Below, piece after piece: positions 10,029 through 20,064 of a stretch of 64,000 nucleotides of DNA. The position numbers and the translations under genes were made by a program. How positions within the stretch are numbered: position 1 is the stretch's first letter; each line of letters begins with the position of its first letter. Source of the stretch: Planctomycetota bacterium (GTDB lineage Bacteria; Planctomycetota; UBA8108; UBA1146); assembly GCA_036338595.1 (NCBI GenBank), contig JAYZBV010000037.1, positions 1 to 64,000 on the forward strand, written 5' to 3'. The notes beneath the pieces are model-generated. The model saw nothing but the letters and a program-made list of their open reading frames with translations. It made no database searches and was not told the origin of the DNA.

Positions 10029-10868
10029 TCACGCTTCCTGACAGAAATAAGCCAGGATCCGGATCAGCGTGCTCCGCAACTCCTGGCGGTCGACGACCCG
10101 GTCGATGAAGCCGTGTTCCAGATTGAACTCGGAGGACTGGAAATCGTCGGGAAGATCGGCATTGATCGTCTGCTTGATCACGTTGGGTCCGGCAAAACCG
10201 ATGAGTGCCTTCGGTTCCGCGATGATCACATCACCGAGTGCGGCAAAACTCGCCATCGCGCCGCCCATCGTCGGATTGGTCAGGATACTGACGAACAGAC
10301 CGCCCGCCTCGTGCAAGCGCTGGATCGCCGCAGCGGTCTTGGCCATCTGCATCAATGAGAACATGCCCTCATCCATGCGCGCACCACCACCGGAGCCGCT
10401 GACGAAGATGAAGGGACGGTTGTGCTCCCTGGCCATCTCGATACCGCGTGCGATCTTTTCCCCCACCACCGATCCCATCGAACCCATCAGAAATCGCGAG
10501 TCACTGACTCCGAGCACCACCGGGACCTCGCCGATCTCGGCGCAACCGACCACGCAGGCATCTCGCAGCCCGGTCTTTTTCTGCGTCTCGTCGAGACGTT
10601 CCTTGTAGGTGCGTCGGGCCACAAATTTGAGTGGGTCGGCAGGAGCCAGTTCCGTGAACTCTTCTTTGAAGGTATCCGGATCGCAGAGCAGTCGGATACG
10701 CTCTTCGCTTGTGATGGGAAAGTGGTAACTGCACTCGGGACAGACATTGCCACGTTCGACGACCAGATTGCGATAGATCATCTTGGAGCAGCCGGTGCAG
10801 CGCATCCAGAGCCCGCCCGGCACATCTCGGCGACGGTTGGGACGCGGTTCTCGCTTCTCCTCGCTCAT
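10029..10868 (-). CDS. accD: Acetyl-CoA carboxylase carboxyltransferase beta subunit
   Basis: Zinc finger CTGC...CPEC; GSMGSVVGEK, GGARMDEG and IGFAGP motifs. Confidence 0.97.
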   Translation of the reverse strand: MSEEKREPRPNRRRDVPGGLWMRCTGCSKMIYRNLVVERGNVCPECSYHFPITSEERIRLLCDPDTFKEEFTELAPADPLKFVARRTYKERLDETQKKTGLRDACVVGCAEIGEVPVVLGVSDSRFLMGSMGSVVGEKIARGIEMAREHNRPFIFVSGSGGGARMDEGMFSLMQMAKTAAAIQRLHEAGGLFVSILTNPTMGGAMASFAALGDVIIAEPKALIGFAGPNVIKQTINADLPDDFQSSEFNLEHGFIDRVVDRQELRSTLIRILAYFCQEA

Positions 10869-11545
10869 GCCACCGTCCTCCCCCCCGACATCGCCCGTTT
10901 CAATGCCGCAACATTGGCCGCTACATCATCACCACCGAACACTGCACTGCCAGCGACGAACACGTTGGCACCGGCCTGGAGCGCATGGGGTAGCGTCGCT
11001 ACGGTGATGCCCCCATCGACCTGCACCTCCAGATCGGCAGCACCTGCGTCACGAATGGCAGCGATCTTCTCGAGTGGCTCGACCATGAAGGACTGGCCGC
11101 CGAATCCCGGTTCCACCGTCATCACCAGCACCATGTCACAGGCACCGACATACGGCAGAAGTTCCTCCACGGCAGTGCCCGGCCGGATCGCGAGTCCGCC
11201 CTTTCGACCCGCAGCACGCAGCTTTTCGAGCAGCGGCAAGGGATCGGGCTCTGCCTCGATGTGGAAGGTGACCATGTCACTGCCGGCGGCGATGAAGTCA
11301 TCGAGGTACTGCGCAGGATTGGCGATCATCAGGTGGACATCGAGAAAAGCATCGGTGGCAGCCCGCAGCGACTTCACGACCGGAGCGCCGATGGTCAGGT
11401 TCGGCACGAAGTGGCCATCCATCACATCGACATGAATCCAGTCCGCGCCTGCTCCGATCACCAGATTCACCTCGTCACAGAGATGACTGAAATCACTGGA
11501 GAGGATGCTGGGAGCGAGTCGCACCGGCGGATTCGAGGACGTCAT
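10865..11545 (-). CDS. rpe: Ribulose-phosphate 3-epimerase
   Basis: LAPSILS, HVDVMDGHFVPN, MTVEPGFGGQ and VDGG motifs; start moved to MTSS. Confidence 0.97.
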   Translation of the reverse strand: MTSSNPPVRLAPSILSSDFSHLCDEVNLVIGAGADWIHVDVMDGHFVPNLTIGAPVVKSLRAATDAFLDVHLMIANPAQYLDDFIAAGSDMVTFHIEAEPDPLPLLEKLRAAGRKGGLAIRPGTAVEELLPYVGACDMVLVMTVEPGFGGQSFMVEPLEKIAAIRDAGAADLEVQVDGGITVATLPHALQAGANVFVAGSAVFGGDDVAANVAALKRAMSGGRTVA

Positions 11546-11633
11546 CGAGCAGCCCTTTCCGGACCCTCCACGAGCGGGTGGGGAGTCGTCAGGGCATGGT
11601 AGAAGCCACCGGAGTCGAGTCAACGGCGGCCGC

Positions 11634-12059
11634 TCACTGGATGGGGGAACTTGCCGGTCCTGCGGTGGTATCGGGCTCGTAGCGGATCACTCCGGTATGA
11701 TCGACATAGAAGTAGCGGGCTTCGGGGCTCTGATCCGGATCTGCGGTACAGCCGTAGCCATCGCCGACCGGGACCATGGCGAACAGGTAACCATTTCGCT
11801 GCCCCTGTCCCAGTTCCTCGTCGATGAGGCCAGGAAACTGGCTGGAGAGCTCGGTCAGTCCAACCGGATAATCCCCTACCTTGATGCGATACTGCTCTGC
11901 TGCAGTGCTGATGGTCCGGAGCGAACCGATCGCGGCCGCTTCGCGGCTGCCTGCCAGGCTCGCACGGAGATTCGGAATCGCGATGGCTGCGATGACGGCG
12001 ATGATCGAAACCACGATCATCAGTTCGATCAGCGTGAATCCTGAGTCTGTTCTTCTCAT
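11634..12059 (-). CDS. Type IV pilin (third, more divergent copy)
   Basis: G|FTLIELMIVV prepilin motif with E5; C-terminal GY...FYVDHTGVIR. Confidence 0.92.
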   Translation of the reverse strand: MRRTDSGFTLIELMIVVSIIAVIAAIAIPNLRASLAGSREAAAIGSLRTISTAAEQYRIKVGDYPVGLTELSSQFPGLIDEELGQGQRNGYLFAMVPVGDGYGCTADPDQSPEARYFYVDHTGVIRYEPDTTAGPASSPIQ

Positions 12060-12093
12060 GATGCCTTGCTCCTCTGAACTCGCGGTCCGTTTT

Positions 12094-12164
12094 GATTCCA
12101 GTGCCCCGGATGGAGAAGAAGCGGAGCCACTGCGAAGCAGCCCTGCCCAGACTCCGAGACGGGT
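12094..12164. repeat. Intergenic repeat copy 1 (3' flank of pilin 12165-12602)
   Basis: About 71 nt homologous to 12638-12709; hairpin partly degraded. Confidence 0.85.
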
Positions 12165-12602
12165 CTAGTCGAGGGCCGAGCTCGCCACCGTTGCGGCCGC
12201 GGAACCGTCCCAGCGGATGACACCACTCTCGTCGACGAAGAAGAATCGATCTCCGGTGCTGGTGGGGATCGTCGGTGCTGCCGTGCAGGTCCAGGTGGTC
12301 AAGGTTCCGACGAACACGAAGTCGTATCCCGACTTGTTGCCTGCTCCCAGGCTCGAATCGACGTAACCGGTCGTTTCGAGTGTTGCCAGCGGTGTGGCCA
12401 CCGGAAAGGTGTCAAAACGATTGCGGTACTGCTCCGACACCGTGCTCAGGGTACGCATACTGGCGATGGCACTCGCCTCGTTGGCCGCTTTCTTGGCGTT
12501 GATCAGGCTCGGGATCGCAATCGCTGCGATGATGGCGATGATCGCAACAACGATCATCAATTCGATGAGGGTGAATCCCTCGGTCTTCTGAGTGCGTTTC
12601 AT
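12165..12602 (-). CDS. Type IV pilin (PilA-like)
   Basis: MKRTQKTEG|FTLIELMIVVAII; 130/145 aa identical to the next gene by manual alignment. Confidence 0.95.
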   Translation of the reverse strand: MKRTQKTEGFTLIELMIVVAIIAIIAAIAIPSLINAKKAANEASAIASMRTLSTVSEQYRNRFDTFPVATPLATLETTGYVDSSLGAGNKSGYDFVFVGTLTTWTCTAAPTIPTSTGDRFFFVDESGVIRWDGSAAATVASSALD

Positions 12603-12637
12603 GATGACTTCCTCCTCGGAAATATCTGATCAGGATC

Positions 12638-12709
12638 GATTCCACTGCCCCGGATGAAGAAGAAGGGGAGGAACTGCGAAGCAGTCCCTCCCCGAACTCC
12701 GAGACAGGT
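12638..12709. repeat. Intergenic repeat copy 2 containing an intact terminator-like hairpin
   Basis: Minus strand reads GGGGAGGGACTGC-TTC-GCAGTTCCTCCCC followed by TTCTTCTT. Confidence 0.85.
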
Positions 12710-13147
12710 CTAGTCGATGGCAGGACTCGCCACGGTCGCGGCCGCGGCACCGTCCCAGCGGATGACGCCGCTCTCGTCGACGAAGAAGAAGCGATCTCCC
12801 GTGCTGTTGAGCGTCGACGGCGCTGCTGTGCAGGTCCAGGTCGAGGCGGTTCCGACGAACACGAAGTCGTATCCGGACTTGTTGCCCGCTCCCAGGCTCG
12901 AATCGACATAACCGGTCGTTTCGAGGGTTGCCAGCGGCGTGGCGACCGGGTAGGTGTCAAATCGATTGCGGTACTGCTCCGATACCGTGCTCAGGGTACG
13001 AAGGCTAGCGATGGCGCTCGCCTCGTTGCCAGCTTTCTTGGCGTTGAGCAGGTTCGGAATCGCAATCGCTGCGATGATGGCGATGATCGCAACAACGATC
13101 ATCAATTCGATGAGGGTGAATCCCTCGGTCTTCTGAATGCGCTTCAT
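12710..13147 (-). CDS. pilA: Type IV pilin (PilA-like, probable major pilin)
   Basis: MKRIQKTEG|FTLIELMIVVAII; GGAGG RBS; first gene of the array after a 300-nt AT-richer regulatory region. Confidence 0.9.
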   Translation of the reverse strand: MKRIQKTEGFTLIELMIVVAIIAIIAAIAIPNLLNAKKAGNEASAIASLRTLSTVSEQYRNRFDTYPVATPLATLETTGYVDSSLGAGNKSGYDFVFVGTASTWTCTAAPSTLNSTGDRFFFVDESGVIRWDGAAAATVASPAID

Positions 13148-13391
13148 GGTTTTTTCCTCCCATGACTGTCCCGGAGCGAGCCAGGTAAATGTTCGGTTGA
13201 GTTTGAGGACCCGACTGGCCCTGCACGCAGCAACGAGTTCTCGCTCCGACACTCACTGCCTTGTTGCAGGGGATACATGGCAAGTGGCAGGCCCAGTCGT
13301 GCCAGATGTGCTATTTTGTGCGCAACTTGTTACAGCAGTGATGCTTGTGAACTCGCTGATGATCCGCAGTCACACCTCGAAGTCACACGAT

Positions 13392-13449
13392 GTGACAATT
13401 TGTGTCACTGAAACGAACAGAAGTGTGTGAATGTGACCAATCTGGTCAC
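13392..13449. promoter_or_regulatory. Two GTGAC-N7-GTCAC palindromes upstream of the pilin array
   Basis: GTGAC-aatttgt-GTCAC (13392-13408) and GTGAC-caatctg-GTCAC (13433-13449), 41 bp apart, with extra GTCAC half-sites nearby. Confidence 0.55.
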
Positions 13450-15185
13450 TCTGAGGTGGACAAGATGTCGAGGATCTGTAACTGCAGGTTTCGACCCCGG
13501 AAGTGGTTCACTCCGACATGCGCCAGCAGTGTCAGTTCGCCGCCGGCGGTCAGTTCCCGTGCTCGGCCTGCGGCCCGGAACCAGATCGCCGGGATGCGCC
13601 CCGAGTCGCTGCGGAAGGTCACCTGGACATGCTCCTCGCCCTGGCCCACCAGCCGCGGCGTGCCATCGGTCTTCAGGCCGCCGATCCGGAACACCGGTTG
13701 TCGGTTCGCCTCACCAAAGGGAGCCAGCGAATCGAGCGCCTCTGCGAGAGGCAGGTCCAGTTGCGATGGAGAGATCTCCATGTCGTAGTTGCGCGGCGGG
13801 ATTTCAGCGGATACCTCCGGGCGTGCCTGATAGCGAGCCAGTACCGCTCGTAACTCCTCGATACGCTCCGATTTGATCGTCATGCCACCTGCAGCGGCAT
13901 GGCCGCCGACCTTCTCGACCACCTCGGACATCTCATCATAAAGGTCAGAGAGAGGCAGTGCCTGGATACTGCGGCCAGATCCGCGCGCGATGTCTCCATC
14001 GATGCAGAGGATCCACACCTGCCGGTGGACCAGATCGACCATCCTCGCGGCAACGATCCCGACCACGCCCGGATGCCATCCTTCACGAGCAAAGACGATC
14101 GGTCCCTCTTCGGGATGAATCCCCTGCTCCAGTTCTTCACGACACTCCTCGGTGATCTGCTTCTCGATCTCCTTGCGGTTTCGGTTGAGAGATGCGAGTT
14201 GCTGCGCCAGTTCTCGGCCCCGTTTGGCATCGTCGGTCAGCAGCAACTCCAGCGCATCTTCCGCATCGCCTATGCGCCCGGCTGCATTGATGTGGGGCCC
14301 GAGTTTGAAGCCGATATCGACGGCACTCAGGTTGCTACGATCGACCCGGCACACCTCCATCAGAGCATCGAGTCCCGGCCTCCGGGTCGCGGCCAGCGCC
14401 CGCAAGCCCTGCTTGACGATGATCCGATTCTCGCCGAGAAGCGGCACGACATCGGCGACGGTGCCCAGCGAGGTGAAGGCGAGCAGTTCCACCAGCAGAT
14501 CCCGGGTCTTGCTGTCGACCTTCTCTCCCCCTGCTTCCTCTCGGGCCAGCGCCCAGCACAGTTTGTACGCAACCCCCGCTCCACACAGCCCGCGCGAGAG
14601 TGACGGTCGATCACTGCGATCGGGATGCACCAGCGGCACACCCTCGGGTAGTTGCTGGATCGGATGGTGGTCGGTGACAATCACCTCGATCCCCAGTTGC
14701 TGCGAATGACTCAGTGCATCCAGATCATTGGAGCCGCCATCGACCGTGATGATCAGATCGGCACCCTCCTCTGCGAAGCCATCGACGACAGCAGTTTGAA
14801 GGCCATACCCCTCGGTCACCCGATCCGGCAATCGATGCAGCGTCTCGGCACCGATGTGACGCAGCATCTCCAGCAACACCGCACTTCCGCTGATGCCATC
14901 GACGTCGTAATCGCCAAAGACGGCGATCTTGCCGCCGGCATCGCGCACGGCGAGGATCATCTCCACCGCCACATCGATATCGGGAATCTCATCGGGCTGC
15001 AGAAGATCCGTCATCTTTGGATTCAAGAATGCCGCTGCATCCTCGACGGAGGTGATATTTCTGAGCACCAGCAGACGCGCGATCACCGGGTGCAGCTTGG
15101 CATCGCTGGCGAGGCCAGCGACCAGCTCCTCATCGCACTCCATGCTCTGCCACGGTCTTCTGCGGATTTCAGCGGGAGTATTCAA
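13446..15185 (-). CDS. recJ: Single-stranded-DNA exonuclease RecJ
   Basis: GDYDVDG, TDHH, GTVADVVPL, INAAGR, GGHAAAGG and PFGEAN motifs. Confidence 0.97.
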   Translation of the reverse strand: MNTPAEIRRRPWQSMECDEELVAGLASDAKLHPVIARLLVLRNITSVEDAAAFLNPKMTDLLQPDEIPDIDVAVEMILAVRDAGGKIAVFGDYDVDGISGSAVLLEMLRHIGAETLHRLPDRVTEGYGLQTAVVDGFAEEGADLIITVDGGSNDLDALSHSQQLGIEVIVTDHHPIQQLPEGVPLVHPDRSDRPSLSRGLCGAGVAYKLCWALAREEAGGEKVDSKTRDLLVELLAFTSLGTVADVVPLLGENRIIVKQGLRALAATRRPGLDALMEVCRVDRSNLSAVDIGFKLGPHINAAGRIGDAEDALELLLTDDAKRGRELAQQLASLNRNRKEIEKQITEECREELEQGIHPEEGPIVFAREGWHPGVVGIVAARMVDLVHRQVWILCIDGDIARGSGRSIQALPLSDLYDEMSEVVEKVGGHAAAGGMTIKSERIEELRAVLARYQARPEVSAEIPPRNYDMEISPSQLDLPLAEALDSLAPFGEANRQPVFRIGGLKTDGTPRLVGQGEEHVQVTFRSDSGRIPAIWFRAAGRARELTAGGELTLLAHVGVNHFRGRNLQLQILDILSTSE

Positions 15186-16024
15186 CGTGATCCTCCCCCA
15201 CCCACCAGATCACCCTGGTGAGAGCGAAGGTGAGCGACGGCTCGACGAAAGATCGAAAGCCCCATCGGCTCCGGAAGTTCATGCTCGGAAGGGATCACTC
15301 CATCGGAGCGAATCCTGGTCCACGATGGATGGTGCTCGGGGCGCACGAATCGTTCCGGATGGGGCATCATTCCGAGCACATGACCATCGGCAGAGATCAC
15401 TCCTGCGATGGAGCCGTGCGATCCATTAGGATCCTCGGGATATTGCGCCTCTGACCCGTCCTCATTGCAGTATCGAAATGCGACCTGTTGGGCGGGGAAA
15501 CGGTCGCCCGGATCCTCTGGGAACCACTCGAAACGACCCTCGGCGTGCGCGACCGGCATGAAGTAACGCTGCCCCGGAGCGAACCAGGGACTTTCGCCGC
15601 TTCCCGACTCGAGATGGACCCAACGATCCTCGAAACGACCCGATCGATTCCACAGCATCGCGCCGCGCCCTTCTCCCCCGGGCAGCAATCCGAGCCGCAC
15701 CAGCACCTGAAATCCGTTGCAGATCCCGATCACGAGTCCACCGTCATCGACGAACTGTTGAATCCTGGGTCGCAGGCGCTGCTCGATGATGTGCGCCAGC
15801 ACCGCACCACTGGCGACATCGTCGCCGAAGGTGAAACCACCGGGAAACGCCAGCAGCCCTGCTCGATCCAGAATCGATGGATCACGAGCCAGGGCGTTGA
15901 CGTGGAGCGACTCGACCTCTGCCCCCGACAGTTCAAGTGCGTGAACCGTCTCCCTGTCGCAGTTGGTCCCTGCCGCCCTCAGCACCAGCGCCAGTGGACG
16001 ATCGTTGGTCACGGCCTCGGCCAT
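15182..16024 (-). CDS. purQ: FGAM synthase glutaminase subunit
   Basis: GTNCDRE, PGGFTFGD, GICNGFQ, AHAEG and MMPHPER motifs. Confidence 0.96.
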   Translation of the reverse strand: MAEAVTNDRPLALVLRAAGTNCDRETVHALELSGAEVESLHVNALARDPSILDRAGLLAFPGGFTFGDDVASGAVLAHIIEQRLRPRIQQFVDDGGLVIGICNGFQVLVRLGLLPGGEGRGAMLWNRSGRFEDRWVHLESGSGESPWFAPGQRYFMPVAHAEGRFEWFPEDPGDRFPAQQVAFRYCNEDGSEAQYPEDPNGSHGSIAGVISADGHVLGMMPHPERFVRPEHHPSWTRIRSDGVIPSEHELPEPMGLSIFRRAVAHLRSHQGDLVGGGGSR

Positions 16025-18915
16025 ATCGCCTCCAGTGTCTGCTTCCAGGTCTGTTTCAGTTCATCGACGCCCGCCTCGATGCAGCCAGCCCCGTCGCGGC
16101 GAACACGGAAGATGCCATCGGCCGTGCTCTCGCCGATGCAGGCGATGGGGATCCGGGACGTCTGTGCCTCTTCGAGCAGGAGATCGACGTCACCGCTTCG
16201 GACCTCGGCCAGGAACCTGTGCGGCCCCTCCCCGAACAGTGCTGCGATCTCATCCGATCCGAGCGCCGAGAGTTCAAGATCGATGCCAAGGCCATCGCCA
16301 CCAAAGCACATCTCTGCGGCAGCCACTGCCAGTCCCCCGTCGGAGAGATCGTGCAGTGAACGGAAACGCCCCTCGACGATCCATCGACGAAGCGTCTTCA
16401 ACAGTTCAGGGCCCAGCCTCGCATCGAAGGGGGCGGGAACTCCGCCACGCCCGCCGTAACACATCTGTAGCAGGCTACCGGGGACAGCGCCTTCTGGCCC
16501 CAGCAGCATGATCACCGAGCCTGCCTCCTTGAGGTCGGATCCAGGCACTCGTAGAGGACCGGCGGCGATGGAGATGGCGGAGACCAGCAGCACAGGAGGA
16601 ATCGATCGGGAAACACCGCCGGCGCGATAGGTGTTATGAAGCGAATCCTTGCCCGAGATGAAGGGGGTCTGATAGGCGCGTGCCGCATCGGCAGCACCTC
16701 GAGAGCACTCGACGATCTGCCCCAGGATGGCCGGATCCTTCACATCTCCCCAGGCGTAGTTATCGAGCAAGGCGGCACGCTCCAGGGATCCACCGGAGCA
16801 GATGCAATTTCTGAGCGCTTCGTCGACGGAGTGACACGCCATCTGGTAAGGATCGACCTCGCCCATCGCCAGCGCCAGGCCGCAGGAAACCACCACCTGA
16901 TGCGAGCCGTCACGCAACGGATCGAGAGCACAACCGTCCATCGGTGCATCCCGGTGGGCACCGGCGAGCGGACGCAACGTCATGCGTCCCTGCACTTCGT
17001 GGTCGTACTGACGGATCACCGGCTCCTTGGAAGCGACATTACCGTTGGCCAGAAGTTCCTTCAGCAGTTGCTCGGCATCGGCACCTCGAAGATCAGGTGC
17101 CACCTCTTCGAGAGGCTCTGGCACCACCGACACCCGTTCATTGTCTGGACGACCTCCGTGCAAGAAGCGTACATCGAGTTGCCCCACCACTTCACCATGA
17201 TGGATCAGACGCAACATGCCATCATCGCGGAACTCTCCGAGCACCGCACACTCCACCTCTTCCTCGGCGAGGATCTGCTCGATCCTGGCCAGATTCACGG
17301 GATCGACGGCAAACACCATCCGCTCCTGGGCCTCGCTGATCCACACCTCGGTCGGACCCAGCCCCGGATACTTCAGTGGAGCACGGTCGAGATGCACTTC
17401 TGCACCGGTATGCTCGCCCATCTCGCCGACCGCACTGGAAAAGCCCCCTGCTCCGCAGTCGGTCACCGACCGACACAGCTCCTCATCTCGAATTCGCATC
17501 AGAGCATCGAGGACCTTCTTCTCCTCGAGCGGATTGCCGATCTGTACCGCTCCGGAGGAGACTTCTTCCGAATCCTCGGTCAGTTCCCTCGACGAGAAGG
17601 TCGCGCCATGGATTCCGTCGCGACCTGTTCTGCCACCTACGGCGACGACGAGATCTCCGGGATGGACCTCTTTCTCGACATGCTTCCGACGCATCAATCC
17701 AACCGAGCCGCAGAACACCAGCGGATTGCCGACAAATCCCGGGTGGAAGTGGATGGCACCGTTGGCGGTGGGAATTCCCATCCGGTTTCCATAATCCCTG
17801 ACCCCCGAGACGACCCCGCGCAGCAATCGACGCGGATGCAGGGTTCCTGTCGGCAGATCTTCCATCGGAGTATCGGTGGGAGCGAAGCAGAAGATGTCGG
17901 TGTTGAGGATCGGTCGTGCGCCCACTCCGGTTCCGAGGGTGTCGCGGATCACGCCGCCGACGCCGGTGCCGGCACCGCCGTACGGCTCGAGTGCACTGGG
18001 GTGGTTGTGGGTCTCGACCTTGAAGGAGACCCCCCACTCCTCGTCGATGCCGATCACGCCGGCATTGTCCTTGAAGATCGACCAGCACCACGGCAGATCC
18101 AGGTCGCGCGTGACCTGAAAGATGGTTTCCTTGAGCAGGTTGCCGTATTTCAGGTCGCCGTGTCGAATCGCCCCGGTCAGCGTCTTGTGACAGCAATGCT
18201 CCGACCAGGTCTGCGCTATCGTCTCCAGTTCGATTTCGCTCGGTTCGCAACCGCGTTCGATGTAGTGATCTCGAATCGCCTGCATCTCGGCGAGGTCGAG
18301 ACTGAGCCCACCCTCATCGCTGATGCATTGCAACTGTTCATCGGTAACGGTCGTGATGGGAATCTCTACTCGGCCCTGGTCATGAGCGGGAAACTCCCTG
18401 AAGTGATCCGGTACATCCTCGGGCTCACCTCTGCCGAAGGAGCGCCACTCGTCCACGATGGCGTTTCCCAACCGGCCTGCGAGTCCATCGAGCAGTTCTC
18501 TGCTGGCCTCGATTCCACCGAGACGATAACGCCGTGCAGTTCGGACCTGGCAGGAAGGTGCATCGAAACCGGATTCGTTCATGGCATGCAGAACACTGTG
18601 CGATACCGGATCCATCACTCCTGGGCGCCTCTGAACAACGATCGACGCTTCCTGCCCTGCTCGATCGGGAAGTTTCACTCCCTCCTCGACGACAGCACGG
18701 CAAGCTGGCGACCCTGCGAGGAATTGGTCCGCCAGCAGTTCGACTCGCCCGGCATCCTGATCGGTGACTCGCAGGTAATAGACGGGATCGGTGGCGAGTT
18801 GTTGGCTCTCGGCGGGAGCACAACCGAAGGCGCTGAGGGCAGTCCGCAACTGATGGTCGGGGCTCGGATTCGGATCCCTGTCATGGATGACGGTCACGGT
18901 GTAGGTCAAGGACAT
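16009..18915 (-). CDS. purL: FGAM synthase large subunit with an N-terminal PurS-like extension
   Basis: WSEHCCHK, ETHNHPS, GRDGIHGA, DCGAGG, GKDS and HDLSDGG motifs. Confidence 0.97.
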   Translation of the reverse strand: MSLTYTVTVIHDRDPNPSPDHQLRTALSAFGCAPAESQQLATDPVYYLRVTDQDAGRVELLADQFLAGSPACRAVVEEGVKLPDRAGQEASIVVQRRPGVMDPVSHSVLHAMNESGFDAPSCQVRTARRYRLGGIEASRELLDGLAGRLGNAIVDEWRSFGRGEPEDVPDHFREFPAHDQGRVEIPITTVTDEQLQCISDEGGLSLDLAEMQAIRDHYIERGCEPSEIELETIAQTWSEHCCHKTLTGAIRHGDLKYGNLLKETIFQVTRDLDLPWCWSIFKDNAGVIGIDEEWGVSFKVETHNHPSALEPYGGAGTGVGGVIRDTLGTGVGARPILNTDIFCFAPTDTPMEDLPTGTLHPRRLLRGVVSGVRDYGNRMGIPTANGAIHFHPGFVGNPLVFCGSVGLMRRKHVEKEVHPGDLVVAVGGRTGRDGIHGATFSSRELTEDSEEVSSGAVQIGNPLEEKKVLDALMRIRDEELCRSVTDCGAGGFSSAVGEMGEHTGAEVHLDRAPLKYPGLGPTEVWISEAQERMVFAVDPVNLARIEQILAEEEVECAVLGEFRDDGMLRLIHHGEVVGQLDVRFLHGGRPDNERVSVVPEPLEEVAPDLRGADAEQLLKELLANGNVASKEPVIRQYDHEVQGRMTLRPLAGAHRDAPMDGCALDPLRDGSHQVVVSCGLALAMGEVDPYQMACHSVDEALRNCICSGGSLERAALLDNYAWGDVKDPAILGQIVECSRGAADAARAYQTPFISGKDSLHNTYRAGGVSRSIPPVLLVSAISIAAGPLRVPGSDLKEAGSVIMLLGPEGAVPGSLLQMCYGGRGGVPAPFDARLGPELLKTLRRWIVEGRFRSLHDLSDGGLAVAAAEMCFGGDGLGIDLELSALGSDEIAALFGEGPHRFLAEVRSGDVDLLLEEAQTSRIPIACIGESTADGIFRVRRDGAGCIEAGVDELKQTWKQTLEAIWPRP

Positions 18916-19065
18916 CGATACTCCTCGGCGGAAGCGACCCGGAACTCGGGTCGGGTCACCGAGATTGTGCAGTCGGACGGGGGTCCGGGCAAGCGCACCG
19001 GAGCACTGGCCTCACACCCATCCGGCCCTTAGGATGACGACCCGAACTGACGAGGAAAGGCACCG

Positions 19066-20064
19066 ATGGAGAATGAATCCAGCGCACACGGACTCGACTT
19101 CGAGGCTCCCATCGTCGAGCTGGAGAACCGGATCTCGGAATTGCGCGCCTTCTCGGAAAGTTCCGAGATCGACCTCTCCGGGCAACTCGAGGAGTTGAAG
19201 AAGAAGTGCGAGGAGAAGAAACGGGCGATATACACCCACCTGAACCCGTGGCAGCGGGTCCAGATCGCCCGCCACCCCCAGCGCCCCCTGACCAGTGATT
19301 ACATCCGGGGTTTTGTCAGCGATTTCCTCGAGTTGCACGGAGATGGCGCCTTCAGGGACGATCCCGCCATCGTCACGGGCCTCGGCAGAATTCGCGGACG
19401 CAAGGTGATGATCGTCGGGCATCGCAAGGGCAAGACCAACCCGGAGAAGGTCGCCTGCAACTTCGGCATGCCCCACCCGGAGGGGTATCGCAAGGCGATG
19501 AAGAAGATGAGACTCGCCGAGAAGTTCAACATTCCCATCATCAGTTTCATCAATACCGCTGGGGCTTTCCCGGGGATCGAGGCGGAGGAGCGCGGCCAGG
19601 CATTTGTCATCGCTAAAAATCTTCAGGACATGGCGTCGCTGCGTGTGCCTGTCGTCGCCATCGTCATCGGGGAAGGAGGCAGTGGTGGTGCCATCGGAAT
19701 CGGCGTCGCTGACCGCATCCTGATGCTGGAAAACTCATACTACTCCGTCATCTCCCCCGAGGGTTGTGCAGCGATCTTGTGGAAGGATGCGAGCCACGCG
19801 CCGCGGGCAGCCGAGATTTTGAAACTGACCAGTGCAGATCTATCTGGTTTTGGCATCGTCGACGAGGTGATCACCGAACCGATCGGCGGTGCGCATCGAG
19901 CGTCTTCAGAGATGATCCAGCGTGTCGAGGAGACGATACTCAGACACCTCGATGAAATTTGTGATCAGGATCCCGACCAGCGCAAGGAACTCAGGTTCCG
20001 CAAGTACATGGAAATCGGACGCTTCGCTGACCAGCAGCAACAGACTCTAGAGGATCTAGGATGA
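19066..20064 (+). CDS. accA: Acetyl-CoA carboxylase carboxyltransferase alpha subunit
   Basis: LDFEAPI, ARHPQRP, FGMPHPEGYRKA, GEGGSGGA and SVISPEGCAAILW motifs. Confidence 0.97.
   Translation: MENESSAHGLDFEAPIVELENRISELRAFSESSEIDLSGQLEELKKKCEEKKRAIYTHLNPWQRVQIARHPQRPLTSDYIRGFVSDFLELHGDGAFRDDPAIVTGLGRIRGRKVMIVGHRKGKTNPEKVACNFGMPHPEGYRKAMKKMRLAEKFNIPIISFINTAGAFPGIEAEERGQAFVIAKNLQDMASLRVPVVAIVIGEGGSGGAIGIGVADRILMLENSYYSVISPEGCAAILWKDASHAPRAAEILKLTSADLSGFGIVDEVITEPIGGAHRASSEMIQRVEETILRHLDEICDQDPDQRKELRFRKYMEIGRFADQQQQTLEDLG

Noticed and set aside
13286..13304. Sigma-54 promoter for the pilin array (TGGCACG on the minus strand)
   Set aside because: GG-to-GC spacing is 9 or 13, not the required 10, and there is no TTGC at -12.
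559..19032. Long antisense ORFs such as 559-1992, 4497-5729 and 16636-19032 (also 35096-37057 and 54065-55858)
   Set aside because: They are shadow frames of well-supported genes in high-GC DNA and have no recognisable motifs.
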